Shown: positions 38,748-48,981, counted from the stretch's first letter. The stretch is 64,000 nt of DNA from Clostridium sp. (GCF_051656525.1 NZ_JBOGCC010000278.1:22112-86111); one strand, 5' to 3'. The notes: generated from the letters alone by a model not told the origin. Made by a program: numbers and translations.

Positions 38748-40082
38748 TCAATCGTAATCAAACAGGTTGACACCACCGCTACGGCGTTTGTCATTCCGGT
38801 CATCACGACGATCATCTCGGCGGTCACGGTCGTCGTAACGATCGCGGCTACCGAATCCATCACGCATGCGGTCACGGCGACCACGGTCATCATAACGATC
38901 ATCATCATCATAACGTCCGCGACGGTCACGGCGGTCATCATAACGGTCCCGACGGTCCCGACGATCACTATAGCGGTCATCGCGGTCATCACGATCGTCA
39001 CGACCACGACCATTAACTTCACGCAGATAATCATCATAATCGCTATCGCGGCGGTCACGTCGATCATCACGTAAACCACGGCGATCGCTATCACGTTCGC
39101 GGTCACGCTCTTTACTGTTTGTGCGATCCAGATCATCCAGTGATACGGTCTTACCACCGCGTGCTGCATTAGGTAAGTTATCTACGCGCTTGCCTGATTT
39201 TTCATCTTCAGTGTCGCGAATTGACTTAACATCAGTACCGGTGTTATCTTTCAGGTCTGGAATCATACGATGGTATTTACTGAAGTTGTCTTCGAGAAGA
39301 TCTTCGAACCATTCGGTATTGATTTGCGGTAAATCGATTGCCCCTTTGAACAACGCTGTGATGTTATTCAGTCGCTTGGTGATTGTTCGATGTGCTTCCA
39401 TCAATGCATGGAAATATGGTACAGTGTGGTTACTGCCAAATTCCAGCGGCATATCTTTGAAGATTTCCGTCAATAGATTGCGGAACATCTCCTTGTTGGC
39501 TTTCGAGTGCACGTTTACGCCGCACAGGATAGCACCCGGTTGCTCATCGCTAATGACTGGGATTTCAACAACGCACATACGTGCATACAGCACATCATCC
39601 AGCTTTTTGTTACGGTTCAGATAGATGCTAAACAAGCCATCATTTTCTGACATTTCTGTAACCAGCTTGGTCCACTTCTTAGCGGTATCGTCCTTCATAT
39701 CTTTGATGATGGTCAGGTACTTAATCGCTTCTGCTGACTTGATTGATTTTTGCTTTGCTGGATTCTTAGCCAGGTCAAACATGGCTTGGACAATCAGGTC
39801 CAAGCGCAGTGAGTTTGCAGCCAATACGCGACGAGTCAGGAAGTGAATCATCTTGGATTGGCCATGCAATGCATCTTCACATAACGGGTGGAAGAACACA
39901 GCATCTTTAAGATCGCGGGAGTCCAGGTTTTCTTCGGTCGGCAGATAAAGTTTACAGCCATCCACTTCAACGTGGTCATTGTTCTCATTCGGGAATAGCA
40001 CAGAGCCACGGTTCCCGATAACTAAGAACATGCCAGTCAACAGATTGGCATAATTGTTACAAATTTCTTGTTCCAGAGACAT
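38748..40082 (-). CDS. phiKZ gp70-like nucleus-block protein with a ~125-aa Arg/Asp-rich C-terminal tail
   Basis: Directly downstream of the picA-position gene; tail of DRRDRR/DDR/YDDR repeats. Confidence 0.7.
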   Translation of the reverse strand: MSLEQEICNNYANLLTGMFLVIGNRGSVLFPNENNDHVEVDGCKLYLPTEENLDSRDLKDAVFFHPLCEDALHGQSKMIHFLTRRVLAANSLRLDLIVQAMFDLAKNPAKQKSIKSAEAIKYLTIIKDMKDDTAKKWTKLVTEMSENDGLFSIYLNRNKKLDDVLYARMCVVEIPVISDEQPGAILCGVNVHSKANKEMFRNLLTEIFKDMPLEFGSNHTVPYFHALMEAHRTITKRLNNITALFKGAIDLPQINTEWFEDLLEDNFSKYHRMIPDLKDNTGTDVKSIRDTEDEKSGKRVDNLPNAARGGKTVSLDDLDRTNSKERDRERDSDRRGLRDDRRDRRDSDYDDYLREVNGRGRDDRDDRDDRYSDRRDRRDRYDDRRDRRGRYDDDDRYDDRGRRDRMRDGFGSRDRYDDRDRRDDRRDDRNDKRRSGGVNLFDYD

Positions 40083-40085
40083 CTA

Positions 40086-41591
40086 TTATTCCTCGTTCCA
40101 GCGGTTGTACTTCCGCTCTCCATATTTTTCATCATCGCCCTTGTGGAAAACTTGTTTATCTACGAATTCCTTGGACAGGTGGTGATACTGCTTCGCGTTG
40201 TCGTACGTGTTTTCTGCCTCGTACGATGTTGTGGTACCGAAGATACCAGTCATTGATGCTGGATAACGGAACTCCTCTGGCGCGTTGTTCTCGTATTCCA
40301 TTTCGATTTCAATCTGGCCGCCAATCGCAGCTGATACACGAATGTATACATAACGACGGTTTCTATCGCTGATGCGATCGTACACCTCGCCAAGAATGCG
40401 GCGAAGACAAGCCTGAGCCATGATATCGCTCGTATCGATATTTGATACTGCTGCGAAATCGTCGATTGACATTTCAGGCTTGCCATCAATAAGCTGGTCA
40501 TTGTCAATTGTAAATGACAGCTGCGCCAACTTATAGTCATTCATCATAGATGGAATTTCTTGGCAAGCGATTGCCAGCGAACGCATCTTAGATGACTTAC
40601 CGTAGAATTCGCGGGAGATATAAGAGATATCATTACCAGCAATTGGCATGATTACTGTAATGTCTTGCAGGTCTTCAATGATTGGATTGCGAACATCCAT
40701 CATATCAACCCAGTCACGATATTGGCAAATACCATTCTGTGTAACATCAGGATTGCGATTACCCAGGAATGAAATCAGACCACCTGCTAACTTATAGCGG
40801 TTGGTGTGGACCGAATAACTTGCCGACTGATAACGACTTTCGCCAAAGATGTCAGGGTTACGTAATGATTCTGCATACGTACGACTATCTGCCTCAGTAG
40901 CAGTATCTGAATCCAGAAGGTTGAACAGGAATGTTGAGCGGTTCAGCTCGCGCATGTCTGCCGCTTTGCCTTCCTTCATGAATGCGGAACCAGTCACGAT
41001 AATTTCACCGCGCTTGCGTGCCGTTTCCAAAGTATTGGAATGTTCCATATCGGTAAAGATTAAGATATCTTCAACACGACTGGTGTGGTGGCGATCGCGG
41101 CTAGAGTGGTCTTTGCGCTGTACCAGAATGATTTTAGAAACATCATAGTGTACATATTCATCGCCACGTTTATCGCGACGCATCGTTGTGCGATATTCAG
41201 TAATCTGGTTGATGTACATATCCAGACGATCATCGATATTAACCAGATCATCGTCATAAATCTCACCGGTAAATCCAGATACGAAGAATGAAATACCCGG
41301 CATGTTAACCGTACACTCTTCGAATTCTACCAGTGCGTGCCAGCGCATACGGCGCAAATCAACAGCGTCGCCATTGCGGCCAATACGCGGTGTATAAGAT
41401 GTATCCGACACATCCAGGCCGGCATTCAGAGTACGCGAGATCATATCGCGGTTTACTTTACCCTGTTCTTCATATTCTTCAGTCAGAGCATCGATCATAG
41501 ACTGGTCGAAGTTCATGATCATCGAGCGCTGTTCTGGTACTACCATATCGCGGATTTCCACGAACACAAGCTCACGCAGGGTTGGATGCAT
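40086..41591 (-). CDS. picA: Protein importer of chimalliviruses PicA/Imp1 (phiKZ gp69-like)
   Basis: 501 aa, immediately after the sigma-like nvRNAP subunit; assigned by conserved synteny, not by motif. Confidence 0.65.
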   Translation of the reverse strand: MHPTLRELVFVEIRDMVVPEQRSMIMNFDQSMIDALTEEYEEQGKVNRDMISRTLNAGLDVSDTSYTPRIGRNGDAVDLRRMRWHALVEFEECTVNMPGISFFVSGFTGEIYDDDLVNIDDRLDMYINQITEYRTTMRRDKRGDEYVHYDVSKIILVQRKDHSSRDRHHTSRVEDILIFTDMEHSNTLETARKRGEIIVTGSAFMKEGKAADMRELNRSTFLFNLLDSDTATEADSRTYAESLRNPDIFGESRYQSASYSVHTNRYKLAGGLISFLGNRNPDVTQNGICQYRDWVDMMDVRNPIIEDLQDITVIMPIAGNDISYISREFYGKSSKMRSLAIACQEIPSMMNDYKLAQLSFTIDNDQLIDGKPEMSIDDFAAVSNIDTSDIMAQACLRRILGEVYDRISDRNRRYVYIRVSAAIGGQIEIEMEYENNAPEEFRYPASMTGIFGTTTSYEAENTYDNAKQYHHLSKEFVDKQVFHKGDDEKYGERKYNRWNEE

Positions 41592-43116
41592 TTTTCTTTC
41601 TCTCCATTAATTTTACGAACATCTTGCTTAGATCATTCTTGATGTCTTGGTTCACTGGCATTGGCTGCGCACGGCAGTTTAGTGCGGAACGCATTACATC
41701 GTTTGTGCAAATTTCCCAGGTGAAGTAACTGATACGTGTTGTCAGTTCTTCAATTGTTACAGTGAATGGATTCGCGCAGGCCTGATCCTTTTTAGTCTGC
41801 GTACTGTATTTACAATACTCTGCGAGTTCATTCTTCAGCGCTGTTGTTGGCACATTCATTGGCATCAACATTGGTTCTTCTGACACCGGATAAATGCTAA
41901 ATAACTTTGCTACGCTGATTAAACCATGATGTATTAAGTATGCCTGCGTCACTGCCATGGCATTCAGAATACTGTCGCGTCCTACGTTAGATAACGTATG
42001 AATCTGCACAATATCATACATCACCAACTGCACTAAGGTTTGGTGAAGAGGAATCTTGTGGGACGCACCTAAGATTGGTTTACCTGCCAACTCATCAAAA
42101 CCGTCCAGACAGTCCAAGATTAAATCATCTGGAATTGTCGGGTCTAGGTCATCACGAATCTTGCGGAAATCCCTTAGGTAGATATCGTTAGCTTTATAAT
42201 AGCTAATAGGTACAGATTCACGTACTGTGAAAATGTCCAACCAGCTGGTTTTGGAATCATCGCTTGCGTTCTTAGGCGCTGTACGACGAATAGCACGTGA
42301 CCGGAACTTAGACGGCAATGATTTACAGTCTTGTTCGATCTTGTGATAACACTTTGTTACCAGATGTGTATTGTGGTCGCCAATAGAGATCGGCATCGAC
42401 ATTAGCTTATCAATAGACAAGCTTGAGAAAACATAGTTAATCAAATCTGAAGAACTCACGCCTTCGAGAATCGACGTATCTACATTATCGCCAATCTTTG
42501 TTGCATACACAGCTTCGGTGAATTCGTAGAAACGATCCACTTCGCGAGATTGGAAAAACTCACTACCGCCAATTAGACGCATTGCATCAATCAACGTATA
42601 GATATCGTTATCTCGCGCACCATCGCTAATACACGAGCGATAGAAAATCCAGATTGGGTTAATGCATTTCAGCACAGCCATCATGCACATCAGACCTTCA
42701 TATTCATAACGAAGATATGTCTGCGCACGATTCTTGCGGGATAACTCTGTATCAAAGCTATCCATAATCTTTTCTGGTATCTGAATACCGAGTGTTGGAA
42801 TGAAGTCCAGCATTCGTTCGATGGTGCAATACTTATCAACAATCTTGCACATGATTGGTGATAGCAGTTTAAAATACTCAGATGCGTGTGACTCGCGTAA
42901 AACATCTGATGCGTTTACATACAGCGCGAATAACTCATCTTGTTCTACAGACGATAAAGACTGGAAGAACTCGTTTACTTCACGATAAAGATCTTCCGGT
43001 TTCCATGTGTCTGTGGAACCCATCTTAATCGTTTCGAAGAATATGCTATCATTATGGTGTGATATCGATAGCTCAACTTCACGCCCGCGTTCAGTTGTTC
43101 TAGTTTCAATACGCAT
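41572..43116 (-). CDS. nvRNAP sigma-like subunit (phiKZ gp68-like)
   Basis: 514-aa helical protein; synteny in the gp66-gp74 block. Confidence 0.7.
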   Translation of the reverse strand: MRIETRTTERGREVELSISHHNDSIFFETIKMGSTDTWKPEDLYREVNEFFQSLSSVEQDELFALYVNASDVLRESHASEYFKLLSPIMCKIVDKYCTIERMLDFIPTLGIQIPEKIMDSFDTELSRKNRAQTYLRYEYEGLMCMMAVLKCINPIWIFYRSCISDGARDNDIYTLIDAMRLIGGSEFFQSREVDRFYEFTEAVYATKIGDNVDTSILEGVSSSDLINYVFSSLSIDKLMSMPISIGDHNTHLVTKCYHKIEQDCKSLPSKFRSRAIRRTAPKNASDDSKTSWLDIFTVRESVPISYYKANDIYLRDFRKIRDDLDPTIPDDLILDCLDGFDELAGKPILGASHKIPLHQTLVQLVMYDIVQIHTLSNVGRDSILNAMAVTQAYLIHHGLISVAKLFSIYPVSEEPMLMPMNVPTTALKNELAEYCKYSTQTKKDQACANPFTVTIEELTTRISYFTWEICTNDVMRSALNCRAQPMPVNQDIKNDLSKMFVKLMERKKNASNPA

Positions 43117-43144
43117 AGAAGATTCCCCTAACTACATCACCTAT

Positions 43145-43154
43145 ATAATATATG
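43145..43154 (-). promoter_or_regulatory. Putative early promoter CATATATTAT upstream of the sigma-like subunit
   Basis: Exact motif copy. Confidence 0.65.
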
Positions 43155-43206
43155 GCTGTGTTATTTTTCAAGAGATGGGGCATCAGCCCCATCTCATTAT
43201 GCGTTA

Positions 43207-43818
43207 TTAAAAGTCCATCACTTCATCAAAAGTCATGCCTGCTGGCTGTGGTGCTTGCTGGCCATATTGACGTTGGCCACCGCCTTGTCCGCCATTCTGA
43301 CCAGGCTTATAAGCGCGCTCTTCTGCGGTCTTATAAGAGTTGTTCCATGCTACCGGCAACATCTGAGCAATGTTTTCAAACCACGCCATAAACAGATCAT
43401 AAGAGATCTCGTTATCCGGCACAACCTGACCGTTTTCCATCATCGCAAACTTAACGTTTGGAATGAACAGATGTTTAACGGAACCACCGCGAGTATCTTT
43501 ACCGCCGATGTATGCAACGCCGTCGTCGCCAATACCGAAAGCTACCATGCCATAGTTTTGGTTATCGCGGCCTTTTTTGCAGTTAAGTGCTACGTTAACG
43601 TTACGATCTTCCGGCTTCCACTTCTTCACGCGGTTGTAAATAATGCGGAAGTAATCCAGTGTGATATCAATGTTCAGAAAATCGTTACCTACTTTGGTAC
43701 CGAGCTGCAAACAGTTGTTCCAAAGTGAAACACGGAGGCGCATGGTTTTGCCACCGTCGATCTTGGCGATTGGTTTGAATGCGTTTTCGTCCAGATAATT
43801 CTTTTTGATGTCAGACAT
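43207..43818 (-). CDS. chmC: Nucleus-associated RNA-binding protein ChmC (phiKZ gp67-like)
   Basis: 203 aa, beta-rich core plus a G/Q-rich disordered tail; lies immediately upstream of the sigma-like gene. Confidence 0.6.
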   Translation of the reverse strand: MSDIKKNYLDENAFKPIAKIDGGKTMRLRVSLWNNCLQLGTKVGNDFLNIDITLDYFRIIYNRVKKWKPEDRNVNVALNCKKGRDNQNYGMVAFGIGDDGVAYIGGKDTRGGSVKHLFIPNVKFAMMENGQVVPDNEISYDLFMAWFENIAQMLPVAWNNSYKTAEERAYKPGQNGGQGGGQRQYGQQAPQPAGMTFDEVMDF

Positions 43819-43821
43819 GAC

Positions 43822-44619
43822 TTATTCCAGTGTTAGTAAATGTTTATATAGGTGTGGCTCGTAAGAATTGCGCACATCCAGCAGCATTGTTGATTGCTTG
43901 GTACTTGCATCCCATTCGCGCTTTTCGCCGATCTTCATCATTACATCACGCATCTTTTTAGGCTGAGGCATGAACATGTTGTTATCGGCGTACATTTGAA
44001 GAGTAACTTTGTTAAAAGGCATACGAGATGGATTAGCGCATGTTCTTAACTTAGTTGACCACTCTTCTTTGTCTTTTAGTTTTCCGGTATGAGATTCCAA
44101 TAAGATTAACTCTGGAAACTTCTTAGCAGATAGCAGATCGATAGGATGATGCGTAAGACAAATTGTTCTACGATCGCCCTTCATTTCGATATCGAATCTG
44201 GAGATATCAGCCTCGTTCTCTTTATAGATCCCGAATACTGCACCTTCTTCGATTTCAACAGCTAGCTTTTGCAAGTCAGTGTTGTACTGCTTATGCTTAC
44301 CTTTAAACTCTTTGTTGAGTGACTGGAATGTACATATATAAGGAATAATCTGTAAATGTTCAGGCACGTGCTTGGTCAAACAATCATAGTCTTGCTCTGC
44401 TGCATCCCGGATCTGCTTATAAGACAAGCTTCGCTGATCCTCATATGGAAATGAGCCAATTGCATTCCTTACGATCGTTCGCATATTTACGTACAGGGCG
44501 CCGTAGCGTTCCAGCTTGAATCCCTTATTTACGCCAACATTCTCGCCAGTCGAGTTAAGTCCCTCTAAGGCGAGGGACGTACCGATTGATGCCGGATAAA
44601 AACCAAAGTCACGTGTCAT
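43822..44619 (-). CDS. Conserved chimallivirus protein (phiKZ gp66-like)
   Basis: N-terminal R.FG.YP.SIGTSLALE pattern; synteny. Confidence 0.6.
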   Translation of the reverse strand: MTRDFGFYPASIGTSLALEGLNSTGENVGVNKGFKLERYGALYVNMRTIVRNAIGSFPYEDQRSLSYKQIRDAAEQDYDCLTKHVPEHLQIIPYICTFQSLNKEFKGKHKQYNTDLQKLAVEIEEGAVFGIYKENEADISRFDIEMKGDRRTICLTHHPIDLLSAKKFPELILLESHTGKLKDKEEWSTKLRTCANPSRMPFNKVTLQMYADNNMFMPQPKKMRDVMMKIGEKREWDASTKQSTMLLDVRNSYEPHLYKHLLTLE

Positions 44620-45719
44620 TTAACGGCCCCCTGTATTTTATCGATTACCTTGGTTGCAATATCAGTGTCACATGATACAGCATCTAGTAATAAATCCTTG
44701 ATATTTCCAGGGAGCAGCGGAACCAAGTTTTCAGTAAACTTTTTGTTCTGTTCACGCTTCTCTATAACTTCGGTATCGTCGTTGATGTAGTCGATATCCA
44801 GTTTAAACGCTGTTTTTCTGGTCAGTCGTTGCAATGCTGTACGCAAGTGAGTTTTACCAGATACTAATACTCGGAGTTTTCCTAAATACACAGCATCTGT
44901 TAAATGTTGCTTGGTAATCTCAGCACTCACACGCGTTAACAACTGATCGTCATCAAGTTCTGTGAAATCTACAGTCCTGATATTTGCAGCGTTCTTATTT
45001 TCTCTAAAGAATACACGATGTGTATCACCGACAACCTGCGAAATAAGCGCACCTTTTGGATGCTCCTCATTTTGACGCAATCTTTCAAACGAGCCGGGAA
45101 TATAAACCTTAAGATACGATTTATTTCCGTGGTCGTGGCCGCAGAATATTGCATAACGAACCAAGTCAGAAAACAAAGCGGTATCGTACGCTGGTGAGTC
45201 GTGAGTATTTTGGAAATCAAAGAATCCATGGGCAATGATATAGTCAATCTTATCGCATCCAAGAGTTTTCATCTTTTCAACGAGTTCATTATATACCATC
45301 ATTGGGTCTGGGCGGATGGCGTCTGGAATGTAAGCTATCCATAGCTTTAATGATTCATCATATTCCAAATGCACGTCGTCATAATATCGGATATCGGTCT
45401 TTATGTTTGCCAATTCGTCAATTTTCAGAACCCACTTGCAAAGATTCCAATCGTGTGATGGCGTACCTTTAACCATCCTGATTGGAACCTTATACCGCTT
45501 AGAATTACTGAGGAATTCTTTTAACCAGTCAACTACTTCTGGGTATTGTTCGACTAAATCTTGTGCCGACACCAATCTATCGAATAGATCGCCAGAGATA
45601 AATATGGCAGTAAGGCGCTGCCACATATCAGGCGGTATGAAACTGCGAAGTGATTCCACCATGTGTTCTGATGGAACTTCACGATTCAACAAATGAACAT
45701 CCGATAGATTAAGTATCAT
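44616..45719 (-). CDS. sbcD: SbcD/Mre11-like metallophosphoesterase nuclease
   Basis: SDVHL, SGDLFD, KGTPSHD, AHG and CGHDH motifs. Confidence 0.9.
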   Translation of the reverse strand: MILNLSDVHLLNREVPSEHMVESLRSFIPPDMWQRLTAIFISGDLFDRLVSAQDLVEQYPEVVDWLKEFLSNSKRYKVPIRMVKGTPSHDWNLCKWVLKIDELANIKTDIRYYDDVHLEYDESLKLWIAYIPDAIRPDPMMVYNELVEKMKTLGCDKIDYIIAHGFFDFQNTHDSPAYDTALFSDLVRYAIFCGHDHGNKSYLKVYIPGSFERLRQNEEHPKGALISQVVGDTHRVFFRENKNAANIRTVDFTELDDDQLLTRVSAEITKQHLTDAVYLGKLRVLVSGKTHLRTALQRLTRKTAFKLDIDYINDDTEVIEKREQNKKFTENLVPLLPGNIKDLLLDAVSCDTDIATKVIDKIQGAVK

Positions 45720-46366
45720 AATTCGTCGAATTCATCCGCTTCATCAACTGCTTGTGCAGCTGCTTCTTTAGCTGCAGGCGCGGCGCCTTCGACGTTAGGC
45801 ATGATATCACGTTTGAAATATTCGCGTGGGTCTGGCAGTGTCGCCATGCCGTGATCTTCAAAGATCTTATTCAGTCGGGCGATTGCTAATACGCCAGAGC
45901 TGAACATTTCATCTTTGGTAACTGGGATAACGCGAGAATCAACAATATCCATCATCATCTGTTGTGATAATGTTTCGGATACGTTAGCTTGCGCTTTTAC
46001 TTCATCAGTAAATACGGAAATGCCTTTAAGGTTAACATCGTCGATACTGATATCGGTATTAAAGAACACCGATGAAATACGATACTTTTCAGCGCCGGTG
46101 ATATCATCAACAACCGACACTTCAACGTTCTCGTGCGAGATCAGAGATGACCAAGTGGCCAGGTCAAAATCTTCACCGCGTGAAATTGCCGCCAGTAGTG
46201 GCAACATTGTGCTTTTGAAATAGCTGTAACCAACGACATCCAACATTGGTCCGATTTCACGACGGGCTACTTCTGTTACGCGTTCTGCCAAACGACTGGC
46301 TTCCCGATGTGGGATAGATTCAGAGCTTGGTTGATATAGTGGGTTGGTATACATTGCCATGATCAT
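45716..46366 (-). CDS. Conserved hypothetical protein (216 aa)
   Basis: Coupled to sbcD; acidic C-terminal tip. Confidence 0.75.
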   Translation of the reverse strand: MIMAMYTNPLYQPSSESIPHREASRLAERVTEVARREIGPMLDVVGYSYFKSTMLPLLAAISRGEDFDLATWSSLISHENVEVSVVDDITGAEKYRISSVFFNTDISIDDVNLKGISVFTDEVKAQANVSETLSQQMMMDIVDSRVIPVTKDEMFSSGVLAIARLNKIFEDHGMATLPDPREYFKRDIMPNVEGAAPAAKEAAAQAVDEADEFDEL

Positions 46367-46369
46367 TCC

Positions 46370-46771
46370 TTATACAATAACCGCATTAGTTAAATTGATA
46401 AAGCTTTCGCCTACCGTAGATAATACACGGTTCAGGCTATAAGATTTATCGTTCTCAAACACAGTAATTGAGATCTCAATATTGATCTCAGTCTCATCAC
46501 TATTGAGCACACACTCAACGCCAACTTTACCAGCACGCTCTGGGAAATTCAATTTAACTTTCCCTTCCAGATCGCTCTGAATTGCAGATGCCAGTTTTAT
46601 TGGGTCCTTACCAACCGCTTGGATTGTGGACTGTAGAGACCTGATTTTACTACGGTAAAACAATGACTGCGATGGGTTTGCCGCCTCGTATTCCGTAAAC
46701 ATTCCAGCCAGTCTACTTTCAGGCGTTCTCAGCCATCCACGCGTAGACAGCGTGCCACGAGCTTTTGTCAT
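46370..46771 (-). CDS. Conserved hypothetical protein (133 aa)
   Basis: TLST.GW N-terminus typical of this block; synteny. Confidence 0.7.
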   Translation of the reverse strand: MTKARGTLSTRGWLRTPESRLAGMFTEYEAANPSQSLFYRSKIRSLQSTIQAVGKDPIKLASAIQSDLEGKVKLNFPERAGKVGVECVLNSDETEINIEISITVFENDKSYSLNRVLSTVGESFINLTNAVIV

Positions 46772-46787
46772 AAACCACCAGGAAAAA

Positions 46788-46810
46788 AAATAGGGCCACT
46801 GGCCCTATTT
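46788..46810 (-). terminator. Rho-independent terminator
   Basis: aaatagggcc/ggccctattt stem with an A-run on its left side. Confidence 0.8.
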
Positions 46811-46813
46811 GGA

Positions 46814-47434
46814 TTACGGATAGAACGCTGTCAGGCAAGCATTATAAGGAGATGTTGGATCATCACCTTTGCCAGCTCTGATTAAACGTTCCACTGTACG
46901 ACGAGTGAGAATTGCTTCAGCACGGTCATAGTTATTAAATTCGGTACGACGTTCTTCACGAAGATAGTATCGTGTTGAACGATATACGCCATCTTCGTGT
47001 TTCTCAATCAAACCATTGTTAAGTTGACGAGTTAACATTGACGCATGTTCATGCGAACGTTCTTCGGTCCACTCAATATGATCGCCATATCCGTCGATCA
47101 TTCCGCGGGTACGTGCCTTCTTCAATAGGCGAGATGTCATAATAACATCACGCATACGTTTCTTGGCATGTTGCATTGCACCGATATCGTACAACTGTTC
47201 GATTCGATCTTCGCGGCGGACATTACGTAATCGACGCATGGCGGATGTCGCCAGTCGGTATGCACGATCGCTTCTCAGATTCTCATGTGTCTCGCGAATG
47301 CGTTCACGGAATCTTGTTGAAAGCCTGTCATCTTCGGCATACGAACGGCGAACGCGCTCGACTGCATCGTCATCACGGTAAGAATATGTTTCCGCAATAA
47401 CAGATTCAGAAGCGCCCTGTATAATAATCGCCAT
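46814..47434 (-). CDS. Arg-rich conserved hypothetical protein (206 aa)
   Basis: Directly downstream of nvRNAP beta'-N. Confidence 0.75.
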   Translation of the reverse strand: MAIIIQGASESVIAETYSYRDDDAVERVRRSYAEDDRLSTRFRERIRETHENLRSDRAYRLATSAMRRLRNVRREDRIEQLYDIGAMQHAKKRMRDVIMTSRLLKKARTRGMIDGYGDHIEWTEERSHEHASMLTRQLNNGLIEKHEDGVYRSTRYYLREERRTEFNNYDRAEAILTRRTVERLIRAGKGDDPTSPYNACLTAFYP

Positions 47435-47435
47435 T

Positions 47436-48968
47436 TTATCCCCGTTTATTTGCTTCGCTCAAACAATGGGCGCGATAGTTATTAATCAAACTAATTGTCT
47501 CAGGGTGTAAGACAATACTGCTTGAAACTTCGAACGGTCTTGTTAAGCTCATCATACCATTGGATGGTTCGAGTGCACTATATGTATCCAGATCAAACTG
47601 GTCCATAATCAACTTACATTGCGTCATATCACCATCGAAATCCGCATTCGGATTCTTGATGATAAGGTTACTGATACGCATTGCATAGATATGGGGATCT
47701 GTAAACACATCAGTGATACGTAACAGCTGGTTAGAAAGCATCTCCAGCGTTGGGTTACGCAACATTGCCATTGGGATTCCGTGGCCTACCAAACTATTGT
47801 TGATAAACCATTTCAGAATATCATGCATCTGTTCATCATAATTACAGATACAGTGATCAATGTATTTCGACATCCGTTTTGGTGTCATGTTAAATGGTGG
47901 TTGTAGCAAATGACCTTCGATGTGATTTCGAAGCATTACTACCAGCCATGACCATGGAACAGTCACCTCGTCGTATTCATGCGCTCCGATATGTGGTATG
48001 ATTACCACACGACCGGACCAAGGCGTTCGTGTCGCACCTAATTGCCGACGAAACAATCCATATTTACCTGACGTCGTTTCGCGAACGAAATCAACGTAGA
48101 AATCTGACATCTTGCTTTGCACATCGACCAGTTTGCTATTCAAGCGAGCTGGGCTCAGTGGTCGGAGTGAATTCTCCAAACCAGCAATTGTCTTTGCTGC
48201 ATCAATCGCATGCAGCATTGTAGGATCTGCGAATGTGTTGCCGCCGCTTTGCTCAGTAACCATTGCCCATTTGGATGGGTATGGCATATACTTACAATAC
48301 GCTGCCTCATTCTCAATATCCAGCAATTCCAAGAACTCTTCCATTTTCTTGGTTGGTCGAACACGGGCACGTTTGTTGCTATACAGAATCTTAATGAATT
48401 CTGGTGTCAGCAATTTACGAAACACAGACTTAAATGTTTTCAAGTCGCGTGTAACATAAGACAAACTTCTCTCTTCCACGATTCCGTCGATATAACGCAT
48501 TAACGCGTGAAACTTCGACGATTCCGAAAGCGTTGGGCGATAACGCGCATCTGTCAGATAACGCAAGATGTCGAAATCTTTTGCGTTACTGAAGTTTGCG
48601 TTGAACCGCACCCAGAATATCGGGTTAATGAAACGACCAGCCGGATTTCTAAACCATACATGTGATTCGAAATCTTGGCCCATCACTCGCTTTACTACCG
48701 GGTCTGAGCATTTCGGATTCTGACAAGTTTGACCTTCATTAAACTTGCCTGACAATTCACCACACCCGCACGTTGGTGTAATGTCTAATGCATCGCCATT
48801 GTAATGCACACGTGTCAAATCGTTCAGGACTTTTACCGCATCAGAAGTAGAACACCCCTCAACTACATCATTTACAACAATCGGGTTTCTCTTTAATGAT
48901 CGAAACTCTTTAGATAGGTCGATCAATTCCAGTGCAGCGCCACGATTCATTCCATATCCCCTTGACAA
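47436..48968 (-). CDS. Non-virion RNA polymerase beta' N-terminal subunit (phiKZ gp55-like)
   Basis: Catalytic NADFDGD; N-terminal Zn finger CGCG...C...C; SGRVVI.P; LRNPTL. Confidence 0.96.
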   Translation of the reverse strand: MSRGYGMNRGAALELIDLSKEFRSLKRNPIVVNDVVEGCSTSDAVKVLNDLTRVHYNGDALDITPTCGCGELSGKFNEGQTCQNPKCSDPVVKRVMGQDFESHVWFRNPAGRFINPIFWVRFNANFSNAKDFDILRYLTDARYRPTLSESSKFHALMRYIDGIVEERSLSYVTRDLKTFKSVFRKLLTPEFIKILYSNKRARVRPTKKMEEFLELLDIENEAAYCKYMPYPSKWAMVTEQSGGNTFADPTMLHAIDAAKTIAGLENSLRPLSPARLNSKLVDVQSKMSDFYVDFVRETTSGKYGLFRRQLGATRTPWSGRVVIIPHIGAHEYDEVTVPWSWLVVMLRNHIEGHLLQPPFNMTPKRMSKYIDHCICNYDEQMHDILKWFINNSLVGHGIPMAMLRNPTLEMLSNQLLRITDVFTDPHIYAMRISNLIIKNPNADFDGDMTQCKLIMDQFDLDTYSALEPSNGMMSLTRPFEVSSSIVLHPETISLINNYRAHCLSEANKRG

Positions 48969-48981
48969 AAAATAAAAGAGT

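Noticed and set aside
38684-39169. 161-aa Val/Met/Thr-rich ORF that looks like a membrane protein
   Set aside because: It is an alternate frame of the Arg/Asp tail of 38748..40082 and would run through the terminator.
43207-43818. Single-stranded DNA-binding protein call based on the G-rich linker and acidic tip
   Set aside because: Its position directly upstream of the sigma-like subunit fits ChmC better; ssDNA binding is not excluded.
34218-48968. Introns, inteins or homing endonucleases in the RNAP genes, as in phiKZ
   Set aside because: All three nvRNAP ORFs are continuous and of expected size, and no HNH, GIY-YIG or LAGLIDADG motif was seen.
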